A stretch of DNA of 64,000 nt from Cyanophora paradoxa CCMP329. Its lineage: Eukaryota > Plantae > Glaucophyta. Positions 11,836-24,300 of this stretch are shown here, piece after piece; the first letter of the stretch is position 1, and every line of letters begins with the position of its first letter. The stretch is taken from NCBI GenBank assembly GCA_004431415.1, contig QPMI01000190.1, positions 62,001 to 126,000 of the forward strand. The letters are read 5' to 3'. Both the position numbers and the translations under genes were made by a program. The notes below the pieces were generated by a model that was not told where the DNA came from, searched no databases, and saw nothing but the letters and a program-made list of their open reading frames with translations.

Positions 11836-13893
11836 ATGGCGCCCGACGTCGACGCTCCCTCCTGGGACGAGGACGTCGAGGACGTTCTGGTCAGTCCGTC
11901 CTGGGACAAGCTCGACATGAGAGTGAGTGGAAGGCCGCGTACCGCTTCACGGCTTTCGTGCGCTCACAACGAGCCCGAGCGCAGAAGTTTTTGACGATCG
12001 GCGCTCCGATCTACTTCACCGAGAGCGTGTTAATGTGCGCTCTCATGCGCGGGTGGCGGCGCGGATGGCCGCGGCGCGGCGCGTAGCCACACAGCCGCGG
12101 CGCGGCGCGTAACCACACGGCGCTGACGCGCTCTCCAGGTACCCGTTCAGCCTCATTCAGACGCGCCAGCAAGTTGACACGACGGTGCGTCGCTGCGGCA
12201 CCGCGACGGTCACGGGCCGGGCCCGCTCATGGGAGCTCGCGCCCGTCGCTGCGCGCGTGCAGGACAAGGGGTACGGGCGCCTGAGCGACCTGTTCCCCGT
12301 GAGGACGGCGCGGGAGATCGCGCAGCGGGACGGGATTCGGGCGCTGTACCGCGGGTTCACGCTCTCGACGGTGGGGAACATGCCGTCCCAGGTGGGGTAC
12401 CTGGCGAGCTACAGCTACTTCAAGGAGGCGGCCCTCGAGCTCAACGAGCGCCTCTCCTCCAACCCCGACGACACCCGTGCCCCCGCCCGCCCCCCGCCCG
12501 CCCCCCCGCCTCCCGCCGAGCGCCGAGCGCCGCGGGGGGGCGGGGCGGCGGGGCGCAGTGTGGGCGGCGCACATGGGGGCCGGCCTGGGGGCGGACGTCC
12601 TCTCCAACTTCCTCTACGTCCCCATCGACGTCGTCAGCACCCGCCTCCAGAGCGGCCTCGAGCCCGGCTCCGCCCGCCGTGCGCCCTCCCGTCCGAGCCG
12701 CTTGAGCCGTCTGAGCGTCTGAGCCGACGCGGCAGAGATCGCGGCGAACGTGTACCGGACGGAAGGGGTACGAAATTATCTCAGCTGTCCCCCCGCGGTG
12801 ACTAAATGACTCGGTTCTATGGTGACTCTGACTCTTAAGTCAGATCCGCGGCTTCTTCCGCGGCTTCGGCGTGTCCATCGCCTGCTACGGGCCCGGCAGC
12901 GCCTTCTGGTGGGCTGGTGCGTACCCCCCCCCCCCCCCCCCGGCCCTCCGCCGCCCCTCCGTTGCCCCTCACAAGAAGCCGATTGCCCCCCACTGGCAGC
13001 GTACGAGAGCGCGAAGCCCTTCCTGCACTCGCTGCTGGCGCCGCCGCCGCCGCCGCCCAAGCCGGCGCCGGCCGCGAGCGCCTCGGAGACGCCCAACCTG
13101 CGGACGATGGTGACGCGGCTGCGGGGCGGGCAGCAGCAGGCGGCGGGGAAGGGGCGGGAGCAGCAGCTGCACCACCCGGAGGCGCAGCAGGCGGCGTGGG
13201 CGCTCTCGCCCTGGGCGGCGGCCCGGCTTGCCGAGGTCGGCGCCGGCGTCCCCGCCGGCATCGTCTACGCCCTCGTCACCAACCGTGCCCCCGCGTCCCC
13301 GCGCCCCCGTGTCCCCCCCGAGGCTGAGGCCGGCGCCGCAGCGTTCGAGGTGGTGAAGACGCGGCTGCAGGTCGGTATGGGCACGCGCACCAACGTCCTT
13401 CCCTCCCTCGTGCGCCCCCGCTCGGCGTCCCCCGACGCTCCGGCGCGGACGCGGTGCGGGAGGCGGGGAGGGAGCTCACGCCGGAGCTTCGCAGGCGCGC
13501 TTCGCGGGGCAGCACGCGCACCAGCCGGCCGTGAAGATCACGGGGCGGAAGCTGCGCGACGCCGCGGCGCCCCGGGTCGGCAGCATCCCGTGGTTCCAGC
13601 GGCGGGCGCAGCGGCCGGCGACGGGGCTCGAGCTGGCCGGCGAGTGGTTCTGGGGCCGCGCCGTGCCCCGCGTCGTCCGCGCCATCCTCCGCGACGAGGG
13701 CTGGCTGGGCTTCTACAAGGCGCGCACCCCGCCCCGCCCCGCCCCCGCCGCCGCCCGCCGCCGCCCCTTGAGCCGGGCGGTGCAGGGGGTGCTGCCGCGG
13801 CTCGGATGGGGCGTCCTCACCTCCGTCCTCACCACGCCCTGCTACGAGTTTATCCTCCGCCACTCCGTCAAGGACCGCGAGCCGCACCCCTAG
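11836..13893 (+). CDS. Mitochondrial carrier (SLC25) protein, SLC25A44-like
   Basis: WDKLDMR|KFL N-terminus; three carrier signatures YPFSLIQTRQQ, VPIDVVSTRLQ, FEVVKTRLQ; DGIRALYRGF, RGFFRGFG, EGWLGFYK|GV. Confidence 0.92.
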
Positions 13894-13989
13894 AGCCCCC
13901 TCCCCTCCTCTACCCCCCTCGCCCTCCTCCCGTACCCCCTGTCTCCTCAATCGCCCACTTCCCTGCTTTCTCTCCTTCGAATTCGTCGT

Positions 13990-15244
13990 TCAGGGGCGGG
14001 GGGCGGCGGCGGCGAGGCCCTCGAGGGACTGCATGAGGCGGGGGGACCAGTGGAGGGTCGCCCGCACCCACTCCGGCCGCGCGAAGCTGCCCCGCGCCTC
14101 CAGCACCTCCCCCCAGAGCCGCTCCGCCCCCTCCTGCCCGCGCCCCAGAGTTGAGACAGGGCCCAGCGCGCGGGGGCGGGAGGGGGGGGGGCCGCACGCG
14201 GTCGCTCTGCCCCCAGAGGACGGTGGCGAGCATGGCGCGGACGGCGACGAGCTTGGGGTTCCGCTGCAGCTGCCCCTCCAGCAGCCTCCGCGCCTCCTCC
14301 CTGCGGCGCCCCCGCGCGAGTCTGGAGTCGAGGCTGGAGCCTCGGAGTGTGGCGCGGAGGGCGCGGCGCACGGCTGGCCGTCCTCGAAGAGGGCCATGGC
14401 GAGGGTGACCTGCACGTTGGCGTCCTCCCGCCGCACCCGCTGCGCCCGCCGCAGGTCCGCCACCGCGTCGCCCCAGCGGCCCATCCCCCCGGCCGCCTCC
14501 GCCCGGTTCGCCAGCGCCGGCACGTCGTACGGGTCGAGCGCCACCAGCGCGTCGAAGTCGCGGAAGGCCTCCGGGAAGCGCTCGAGGCGGAGGAGCGCGA
14601 GGCCCCGGTCCCGCAGGCAGTTCTCCTTAATGATCGCCCCCGCCCGCGACTCCGACGCGAGCTCCTCGGCGCGGCTGTACGCCTCCACGGCGCGCTCCAG
14701 CTTCTCGGGCGCCGCCTGCTGGGCGAGGGCCATGCCGAGGTTCAGGTGCGCCGCCGCGTTCTCGGGGACCTGCTCGACGACGCGGCCCCAGAGCTTCTCC
14801 GCCAGGCGGAAGTCGCCCTCGTTGTAGCTCTGCTCTGCCGACGACGCGAGCCGCCGGACCTCCGCAGAGAGCGCGGGCGGCTCCCTGCGCTTGCACGGGA
14901 GCGTACGCTTGCACGTGCTCGGTTCGGAGCGTACGCGGGGTCCCGCACCTCGCCGCTAGCGCCGTGCTGTGCGCATCGAAAGTGGACACCGCAGCGAGAA
15001 GCGCGGCCAACACAGCGCGGCGTACGCCGGCGTTCGAACTACTGCCGGGCGCGGCGCCCACAAATTGTACTGAAGTCGAGGCTGGTTCCTCAGGAGGCTG
15101 TTCGGCGCTCGCGACGACTTCTCGACGAGCGTTGTGCGCGGAGGGCGGCAGCGCCCGCAGCGCACGTGCGACTTGCGACTGGACTGGCCAACACGTGCGG
15201 CTCGGCCCCAGTGCTGGCAAAGCGGCGAAGGCTGGGGCCGTCAT
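13990..15244 (-). CDS. Plastid (thylakoid lumen)-targeted TPR protein of cyanobacterial type
   Basis: Transit-like MTAPAFAALP..., twin-Arg hydrophobic segment RRAVLAALLAA...ALA, TPRs (AHLNLGMALAQ, RDRGLALLRLERFPEAFRDF, ALANRAEAAGGMGRWGDAVADL), C-terminal EWVRATLHWSPRLMQSL. Confidence 0.8.
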
Positions 15245-15334
15245 CCTCGAGCTTGTGCCGCAATTTGTGCCGCGAATTTTGTGCGCGGTTCCGGGGTAGA
15301 GCTGCGAACAAGTGGGCGAAGGTACCCCAGAAAG

Positions 15335-16922
15335 ATGTCGTCGGGAGCCTTTGCCTCGGGCGCTGTAGGCGCTGGCGTCAGCGCCTCGCCGCGAGCTGTG
15401 GCTGCAGCACAGGCAGCCGGGTGCTGCCCTCACCTGGCAGCGATCGCCAGGCCCGAAGAATCTTTGGCAACACCACGCAGCGAGGCGCTAGCGGCCGCGC
15501 GGCGGCGGTTCCTTGGCCAGTCGGTGTTTTCGTATCGTGTCAGCCGTAGGACGCAGCCCTCGTCGGCAAGCTTTCCCGAGGGGCGATCAGACGGGACAGC
15601 GCGAGCTGTGTCGGCCGTAGCGTCAGCTGCCCGCGCTTCGGAATCCGGAACCGGTTCGTGATGCTCGCTAGCCCGTCGTAATTGCGCTTGTTTCCCGCTG
15701 CGTCTGGCTCACGATCCTTCAGATCAAAAGGTCTTCCTGAAGCTTGCCGAGGAGGGCTATGCGGTGCTGCCTGTGTGGGAGACGATCCCCTTCGAGCTCA
15801 CGTCCTATGGCGCCTTCGAGGCCCTCGCCCCGCACTTCCACCCCGACACCGGGCCGTTCTTCCTCGACACCCTCATGGCTAGCAAGAACCCGAAGCGCTA
15901 CAGCGCGTCGTTCATGGGTGCGCGCCTCTTTCCCTTTCTTGTTTTGCGCACCCCCGTTGACGGACGCCCTGCGCCCGCCAGGCTTCGATCCGGCGGTCGA
16001 GGTCCTTGTTAGTGAGACCGACGGCGCGGTCTCGGTGCTAAGGCACCGCATCGACGGCAAGAAACAGGTCACTACCAGCATCCGCGATGGCGCACAGATC
16101 ACGGCCTCGCAGTCCGAGGATCCCGTGGTGGTGCGCCCGCCCCCCGCCTGCACTGGCCGTCGTCGCCCCCAGCGCTGAGGGCGCTCCCAGGTTGCGATGA
16201 AGCTAGAGGACGAGTTCAGTCGGCCAGACAATGAGCGCGTTGGACTGCCCGAAGGCGCGATTGTCGGCGGCTGGATGGGCTACAAGGACGTCGAGACCGT
16301 CAAACGCCAGGAGGCGACGCCCTCGGGGATCCTGCCGCGGTCGCGCTTCGCGCTCTACCGGAAGACCGTCGTCTTCGACAACGTGAGGCGGGAGGCGTAC
16401 GCGATCAGCTGGGTCTTCGTCGACGAGCACGCGTCGGCCAAGGCGGCCTACTCGCACGCGGTCGCCGAGCTCGAGACGATGACCTCGTGGCTCCAGGGCG
16501 CCTCCTCCTCCTCGGCGGCCTCCTCCTCGAAGGCGGTCCTCGCGCGGCTCCCCCAGTCGATCAAGGACGGCATGGCGGGCATCCGCCTCCCCGACGGCGT
16601 CTCCGAGGCGCAGTTCCTGCAGGTCATCAAGGGCTTCCGGGAGGACTTCCGCTTCGGGCACACCTTCCAGTTCGTGTTGCGCTCCGACAAGTTCCACCCC
16701 GAGAAGCGACACCAGTTCTTCGAGCTGTGGAAGACGCTGCGGTCGGACGACCGGGCGCCCTACATGTTCTACATCCCCTACCGCGAGTCGCTGCTTGTCG
16801 GCACGTCGTACATGATCTTCCGGAAGCCGCAGCGGGAGGAGAAGTGGGCGGCGACGCGCGTCGGCACCCAGCTCATGTTCCTGCCCCCCTTCCTCAAGAA
16901 CCCTTTCATCACCCTCGTGTAG
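15335..16922 (+). CDS. Plastid-targeted anthranilate synthase component I (TrpE)-like protein, C-terminally truncated
   Basis: Transit-like MSSGAFASG...; LPVWETIPFEL, FFLDT, RYSASFM|GFDP, GGWMGY, VVFDN, GHTFQFVL, LWKTLR...APYMFY, LVGTS; stop at 16922 before the catalytic C-terminal motifs. Confidence 0.8.
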
Positions 16923-17345
16923 CGTTCCCGGTCGGGGCCTATTTTTTCAATGCCACCCTTGATCTCGCTCTTGCCCGGGTGCCCGGCCCCCGGCCTCGCG
17001 CCCGCCACTGCACTCGCCACGAACTCGGGCTCTTGTTGAAAGCGAGTGGATTATGAGAGAGGGAAAAGCATGGTGATCTCGCATCTGTCGGGCCTACAAC
17101 TACTTGTTCTCACCAGTACAAACTGATCGTGAAATGTCTACTAGGCTAATTCAACTGGCAATCTTTACAGTCTAGTCTGCCAAGAAGATCTGCACCGCGG
17201 CACGTACGTAAACCACTGGGCCACATCGATAGCTATCTCAAATCAAGAGCCTACCCCGCTCTAACGTACATATCCTGGACAAGGGCCTACCAGGCCAAAA
17301 CGCAAATTTAAATGGAAATAAGCTTAATTTATAAGATACATATTT

Positions 17346-18166
17346 CTAGCCGAAGCTCACGAGCGACAAAGCAGAGAAAATCGACCCGACGGCCGCGCCC
17401 GTGGCGACGCCGGAGGCGATGTTCCCCGCGGAAGATAGCACGGAACTGTTGGGCTCTCGAGAATGGGGGCCCGGGGCTGGCGAGCCCGGCCGAGGCAGGT
17501 TTAGCGCCGGCGGTACCGATGGGGACGCCCGGGGCGCCTCCTGCCAAGCCACGATGGACGGTCTCCTCCGCACACGCCCCCCGACATCGTCCTCGCCGGC
17601 CGCATTCAGGAGGCACAGGGCACGCGAGGCGGACTCCTTTGTTGCGTGGCCTCTCCTGACCAGGTCAGCGTTGTGCGCCTGGCCTCGAGAGGCTTCTTCG
17701 TACAGCAGGTCTCGCACCCAGGCAAAGCGCTGCGCTGCAGCTATGAGCGATCGCCAGGTCTCCGGCCTGCGCCAAGGGATCGAACGCAAGCGCAAGCGCT
17801 GCAAGACGGAGGGAGCAGCGGCAAGAACCTGACTGGGGGTCCTCGAATTGTATCCAGGATTTCTTGTTGCGATATGCAGTCCTCCAGCTCGGGCGGCGCG
17901 GATGACGGCTTGTTCGGAGAGGACGGGGTTGCCGCACTCCCCTCGGATGATCCTGTATACAGAGCCACGGGATCGTCCAACAGCGCTAATCCACGTCCGC
18001 GCGGTTGTACAGAGCTGCGCGCCACGTCCGCGCGCTCCCCTCCAACCGACCGACCCTCAGCGGGCTTAGCCGCATCTTCTTCCCGCATCGTCTCCTTCAG
18101 ATCAAACGTACGTCTCGACGCGTAGTCCCCGGCTCGGGGACGTCTGCAGCTGCACGTGCTTCCCAT
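17346..18166 (-). CDS. Hypothetical protein with N-terminal MGSTCSC acylation motif
   Basis: ORFs 17741-18166 and 17346-17804 are joinable by short introns; no recognisable domain. Confidence 0.45.
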
Positions 18167-18333
18167 AGCTAGACAGCGATCGGAAGAGATAGCTGGTCTA
18201 GAACGATGCTTACATGCTCACGATGTCCCGAGCGCGCTGAAGTTGATCACGGCTGGACTGAGAGAGATCACGGTAATCTTTGCGCAATGGGAAAGGGCCG
18301 CTTCGGAGTAGAACCTGCGCAAGCGATGACCCG

Positions 18334-21300
18334 ATGAAGCGCGACCGCGACGCGTACGAGGACTCGGACGACATGAGCGAGCAACCTCCGAAGCGGGGAG
18401 GCCCGGTGCGCCGCTGGCTCGACGCGGAGTGCGCACCCCTCGAACTCGCCCGCTCACGCCCCGCGGCGCTCCCCGTTGCGCCGACAGCCTCCTCAAGCGC
18501 CGGCGATGCCAAATATGTGTTCGTGAGGCGCGCGCGTCCCTCGCTCGTCGCGTAGCTAACGCGGCAATCGCCAGGGCCGCCGGCGCCCTACGCGTACGGG
18601 GCGCCCTATGGGCCCTTTCCGCCTCCTCCATACGCTCCGGTGCCACCGCAGCCGCCGCAGGCGTGGATGGGAGGGCCGACGGAGCCGCAGCCGCCGGGCT
18701 TGATAAGCTTCCACCAGGTGCAGGCCGCGGCTGCAGCCGCAGCCGCAGCGGCCGCACAGGCGCAGTACCAGCAGCAGCAGCAGATCCTTCATTCCCTTCT
18801 CCCTCAGCAGCCGCGAGGCAGCGGGCGGCAGCCGCAGCAGCTGTACGTGCCGCGCGGCCGGGGGGAGGCTCCGCCGCCCCGGCAGCCGCCGCAGCCGGCT
18901 CCGCAGCAGCAGCGCCCGCCGAAGCCGGCCTTCCAGGACACGGCGCTCGCGGTGCGCGCACCCTGCGGCGCCGGCGCGTGCGCGCGTCGACGCGGGGCCG
19001 GCGCAGCCGTCCGCTGTGCTCGCGCACGTGCAAAAGTTCCTTCACGCCGACAGCCTGGACGGGAGTGGCGCTAGCGAGCCGCTTTGTGAGGGCTCCTCCT
19101 CCGCGGGACCCCCGCGGGAAGAGCGGAAGCGGGAGCGCGAGGAGAAGAAGGACGAGAAGCGGGATCGGGAGCGAGAGCGGGAGCAGGAGCGGGCGCGGGA
19201 GCGGACGCGGGACCGCGAACGGCTGGCCCGCAGCCGGGACGGGGACCGGTACCCCCGGAGCGACAGCGGGGGCGGCCTCCTCCGGGACCCGGCGCGGGAC
19301 GGCGGCGGCGGCGGCGGCGGCGGCGGATCCGGGGGAGGCGGCGGCGGGGGCTACGGGAGCTACCGGCCGCCGTACCGGCCGCGGGGCGGCTTCCAGGGGC
19401 TCGTCTCCTCGCCCTTCGTCGAGGCGCAGTGGGTCAACGTCCGCGACGGCGTCGTGCGCCTGTACCCCCTGCCCGGCCCGTGCCCCCCTCACCGCCCCGG
19501 ACGCAGGCGAGCAAGGGGTACGACATCGGGCGCATGGAGGACGGTGCGCGGGTGCAGGGGCGGAAGCGGGCCCCGTCGTTTGGCACTCACCGCTAGCCCC
19601 GCCCCCCGCCGGGCCGCGCCGGGCCGCGCAGGGGTCTTCGACACGCGGGAGCCAAACGTGTACCGCGTCCACTCCCACTCCATCGAGTACCGCACCGTGC
19701 GCTCCCCGCCGCGCGTACATCGTGAGCTGCCTGTTCCCGGCGCCCCTCCGAGGCCCGCCGCGCTCAGGTGAACATGAACCTGGTGCGGTGCGACTGCCCG
19801 AACAGGTGCCGGCCGCCCCGCGCAGCGCGCCGCCGCTCTGCATGGAACCTCACAGGGCCCTCCCCGCCGGCAGCGCGCCGCCCTTCTGCTCGCACCTCTA
19901 CGCGGTGTGCGTGGCGCGGCCCCAGCACCGCCTCAAGGCAGCCCTCCTCGCCTACGCCGAGCAGGTGCCAGCGGGCGGCCCGGGGCAGCCGGCCTAGCGC
20001 TCGTGACCGCTGCCCTGCCGCCCGCGCGCGCGCTCACGCCGGGGGGAGCAGCAGCAGCACCGGCGGGCGCTGCCGGAGCAGCAGGCGGTGGGGGACCTGC
20101 GGCGCAAGTTCTTCCCCCGGGAGGGCGAGGAGGCGGCGGGCAAGGGCGTCCCCGTGCTGGAGCCCGAGGCGGCGCTGGAGGCCGCCCTCGCCGCCCTCGC
20201 CGCCCTCGTCGGCCGCGAGACCCAGGACGCCATCGACGGGTGCCCCGTTCTTCCCTCCTCGCCCTTCCTGCCCCCTCCCTCCCTGACGCCACCTCTCCGC
20301 CCAGCGTCCACGCCAGCCGCGGCGGCGGCCGGGAGAGGTGCGCGGGCCCGCCCTCCTGGCGTCGGACTCGCCGCTGAGCGCTCCGCTCTCGCGGCAGGCG
20401 CCGCGGCTCCTCCTCCTCGTCGTCTTCCTCCTCGTCCTCGAGCGAGGCGGAGGGCGGGTCGGACCCCGAGGCCCCGAAGAAGGAGAAGGGCGGCGGGGCG
20501 GGGGAGGCGGGCAAGCGGTACGACTCGGCGGTGTACCGCAAGGGCCAGAAGGCGAGCAAGAAGCGCGCCGTCATCGACGCCGCCCGCGAGCTCCTCAAGC
20601 GCGGGTGCCCCCTCCCCGCATCCCCTGCGCCTTCTCCGCCCCCGCTCAGGGGCGGGCGGGCAGGCCGGAGGACGGGGCGCGGGCGCTGGAGTGGCTGGCC
20701 GGCCTCGAGGGGAAGCTCGCGGAGAAGTTCGGCGCCCGCTCCTTCAAGAAGCTCAAGTGCCCCCCGCAGCCCGCCCGAGGCGCGCCTCGCGCTCACGCCG
20801 GGGGCGCGCTGCAGGGCGGGCCCCTTGCTCTCGCTGCTCTCGCGGGACCCGCGGCTGCGGCGCGAGGCGATGCGGCAGCTCGCGATCGCCGCGCTCGAGG
20901 CCCCGCCGGGCCCCACGTCGGCCCCGGACGCGGAGCTCGCCGAGGCCGCCGCCGAGTGCCTGGCGGCCGCCCTCGAGGCCGACGAGGCGCTGGGGGAGGA
21001 GCTCCCCGAGGGCACCCGCCGCCGCCTCGCCCGCGCCTTCCCCGCCGAGGCCCCGCGGGCGGCGCCCGCCCCGCGCCCCCCCGGCGGCGCTGGCGGAGGC
21101 GCTGCGGGAGGCGGCGGGGCGGGCGGCCGGGCGGGCGGCGTCGGCGTCGGAGGCGGCGGCCCGCCTCGCCGCCCTCGAGGCGGCCTGGCTCGGCCCCGCC
21201 GCCGCCGCCGGCCCGGGCGGCAGCCTCCTGGCCGCGGCGGCGGCGGCCGGCGAGGGCGGCGCGGCCGTGCGGGAGGCGCTGGACGCGTGGTGGGAGGCCG

Positions 21301-24300
21301 CGGGGCCCCCGGGCCGCTCCGCCCGGCCCCCGGCGGCGGCCTGGTGCCCCCGGGCGAGCTGTGGGCCTTCCTGCGGCAGTGCGGGCTGGGCGAGGCGGGC
21401 GGGGAGGGGGCGGGGCCCGAGGCGGCGGCGCGGGCGGCGTGCCGGCAGTTCGGGGCGGGCGGCGTGGCGGCCCTCGGCTTCCCCGACGCCGCCGCCCTCG
21501 CCGCCTTCGCCGCCGCCGAGGGGCCCCTCGAGGCCCCCGCCGGCCCCGCCCACGCCGAGGCGCTCCTCGCGGGGCGCGAGGAGGCCGCAGGCGGGGCCGG
21601 CCTCGGCTGGGCCGCGGGGCGCGAGCGGGCGCTGGCGGCCCTCGCGGCGGTGGGGCCCCTGCAGGAGGCCGCCGCCGCCGCCTGCTGGGCCGAGGCCTAC
21701 GAGGCCTCCCTCGGGCCCCTCCCCGCCTTCCTGCGCCGCGAGGCGCCCCGGCCCTCGCCCGCTGCTTCGTCGCCCTCCCGGGGGGGCGCTCCTCCGCCTC
21801 CTGCCCCCGAGGCGGCCGCCCCCGAGGCCTTCGGCGCCGCCCTGGGCGACGGGGCCGGCCGCCGCGCCGCCGCCGTCGCCGCCTCGCTCGTGCTCCACGC
21901 CGGCTCGCTGGCCGCCGCCCCGCTCGCCCTCGCCCGGCGCCTCGCCGAGGCCCCCGTGCGCCGCCTCGCCGCCACTGCCTCCGCCCTGGCCCCCGTCGCC
22001 GCCGACTTCCTCTCCGCCCTGCAAGGCACACCCTTCGGCGCCTGCCCCGAGCTCCTCCGCTGCCTCCTCGAGCCGGCCCTCGCCGCCCGCCCCGCCCTCC
22101 CCGCCGAGCTCCTCGGGCTCGCCGCGGGGCGCCCCGGGCTGCGGCCCGCTCTCCACGCCGCCGGCATCCGCCTCGCCGTCCCCGAGTGGCTCGCCGACTT
22201 CGAGGCCGGGCCCGCCCCGGCCCCCGCACCCGCCCCCGTCGCCGCTGCCCCGCCGCGTGCCCCTCTTACCACAGCCGCCTCTGCCCCTGCCCCGCCCCCG
22301 CCGCCATTTCTTCGTCTGAGAAGGAGAGCGCCGCCTCCGCCTCAGCCTCCGCCGCCCCGCCGCCCCGGCCCCGCACCGCCGCCGGAGCCGGCGCCGGCGC
22401 CGGCCGACGAGGCGGGGCGGCGGGCGCTGGTGGAGGCGGTGCGGCGGGAGGAGTTCGGCGTGGGCCTCGCGGCGGACCCGGGGGCGGCGGCGGTGCTGGG
22501 GCGGCAGCAGGCGCGCCTCACGCGGGCCCTGCAGCGCCTCTCCGAGGACCTCTACGCCAAGGCCCGCGCCCCCCGCTCTCCATCCCCGCTGCTGAGCCCT
22601 GACGCGCCCTCTCGCGCCGCGCAGGACATCCACCTGGCGCTCGAGCTCGTGCAGAACGCGGACGACAACCGGTACCCGGCGGGGGCCCTCCCCACCCTCA
22701 CCTTCGCCCTCGACGCCGACGCCCTCTCCGTCTTCAACAACGAGGCGCGGGCCCCCCCCCCTTCCCCCTCCCCCCTCGGGCCCTGAGCTCCCCCAGGTGG
22801 GCTTCCGGGAGGCGGACCTGCGGGCGATCTGCGACGTGGGGGCCTCGACGAAGGTGGACCGCGCGGCGGGGCTCATCGGGTGCAAGGGCATCGGCTTCAA
22901 GTCCGTCTTCCACGTCACGGACCGCCCGCACCTCTTCTCCGCCGGCTTCCGCGTCCGCTTCGACGCCGGCGACGCCTCCGGCCTCGGCTACGTCCTCCCC
23001 CACTGGGTGCGCGGCCGAGGCGCTTCGTCGGGCCGCCGCGCCGCTCACCGGCTGCGCCCAGGTGGACGGGCCCGTCCCGCCCGAGGCCGCGGGCGAGCCC
23101 GACTGGCGGCAGGGCGCCGGCGACGGCGGCTCGCCCTGGGGCACCCGCTTCTGGCTCCCCGTGCGGGGGCCCCTGCTGGAGAGCGGGAAGTGGGCGGGGG
23201 CGCTCGCCGCCAAGTTCACGGAGGTGCCGGCGGCGCTGCTGCTCTTCCTGCGCCGCCTGCGCCGCATCGCCGTCGACAACCGCCTCGCCGGCCTGCGCCG
23301 GACGATGACCCGCCGGGACGCCCCCCTCGAGGGCCTCCCCCCGGGCGCCTCCATCGTCGAGATCGCGGTGGAGGAGCGGCGCGCGGCGGCGCCCGACCCG
23401 GCGACGGGCGAGGTCTTCGTGACGGCGGCGCCTCCCTCGGCGACGCGGTACCTCCTCGTGCGGCGCGAGGTCGAGTGCGGGGCGCTCCTGCAGGCCGCCC
23501 GCCCCGCCGGGGGCCAGGCGAGCACCACCCTCGTCCTCGCCTTCCCCCTCCCCGAGGGCGCGGGCCCCGCGCCGGCGCCGCCCCGCCAGAAGGTCTTCGC
23601 GTACCTCCCCGTGCGCCCCGCCCCGCCCGCCAAAAACTTCCGCTGCGCTGCCGAACGCTTGCGGGGGGGCAGCTGCGCAGCTACGGCCTGCGGTTCGTGG
23701 TGCAGGCGGACTGGGAGGTGCCCTCCTCGCGGGAGGACCTCATGAAGGGCAGCGCCTGGAACGAGCACCTGCGCGCCCACGTCGCCCCCGCCTTCCTCGA
23801 CGCGCGCCCGCCCCCCGCCCCGCCCCCCGCCCCCCCCTGAGGCCCCCGCAGGCCCTGCGCCTCTTCCAGGAGCACCCGGCGCTCGGAGGCCGCTTCTACG
23901 GCTACATCCCCGCCGAGGGCGAGGTCACGGGCTTCTTCCGCCCCGTCGCCCGCGCCCTCCTCGACGCCCTCCGCTCCCACCCCTGCGTCCGCGTCGCCAG
24001 CCCCGACGGCGCCGGCTGGGCCCGCCCCGCCCTCGCCCTCCGCGCCCCGCCCGAGGCGCTGCGCGTGCTGCCCCGGCGGCGCTGCACGCCGCGCTGGGGC
24101 TCTCGTACGCGGCCGGCGAGGAGGAGGGCGGGGCCCGGAGGCGCTGCTGGCGGCCCTGGGGGTGCGCCAGCTCTCCGCCCGCGACCTCGCGGAGGCCCTT
24201 GCCTCGGGCCCCCGCCGGGCGCCGGCGGCGGGGCCGAGTGGGCGGGGCGCGCCCTCGCCCTCGCCGGCCGCCTCCTCGAGGCCGAGGCGCGCGCCGGGGC

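Noticed and set aside
12768-12843. Intronic C/D snoRNA in an AT-richer SLC25 intron
   Set aside because: CTGA is present but there is no good RTGATGA C box or terminal stem.
17040-17345. AT-rich stretch as foreign insertion or small ORF
   Set aside because: Frames I checked close quickly and no termini are seen; fits convergent 3' UTR/intergenic DNA.
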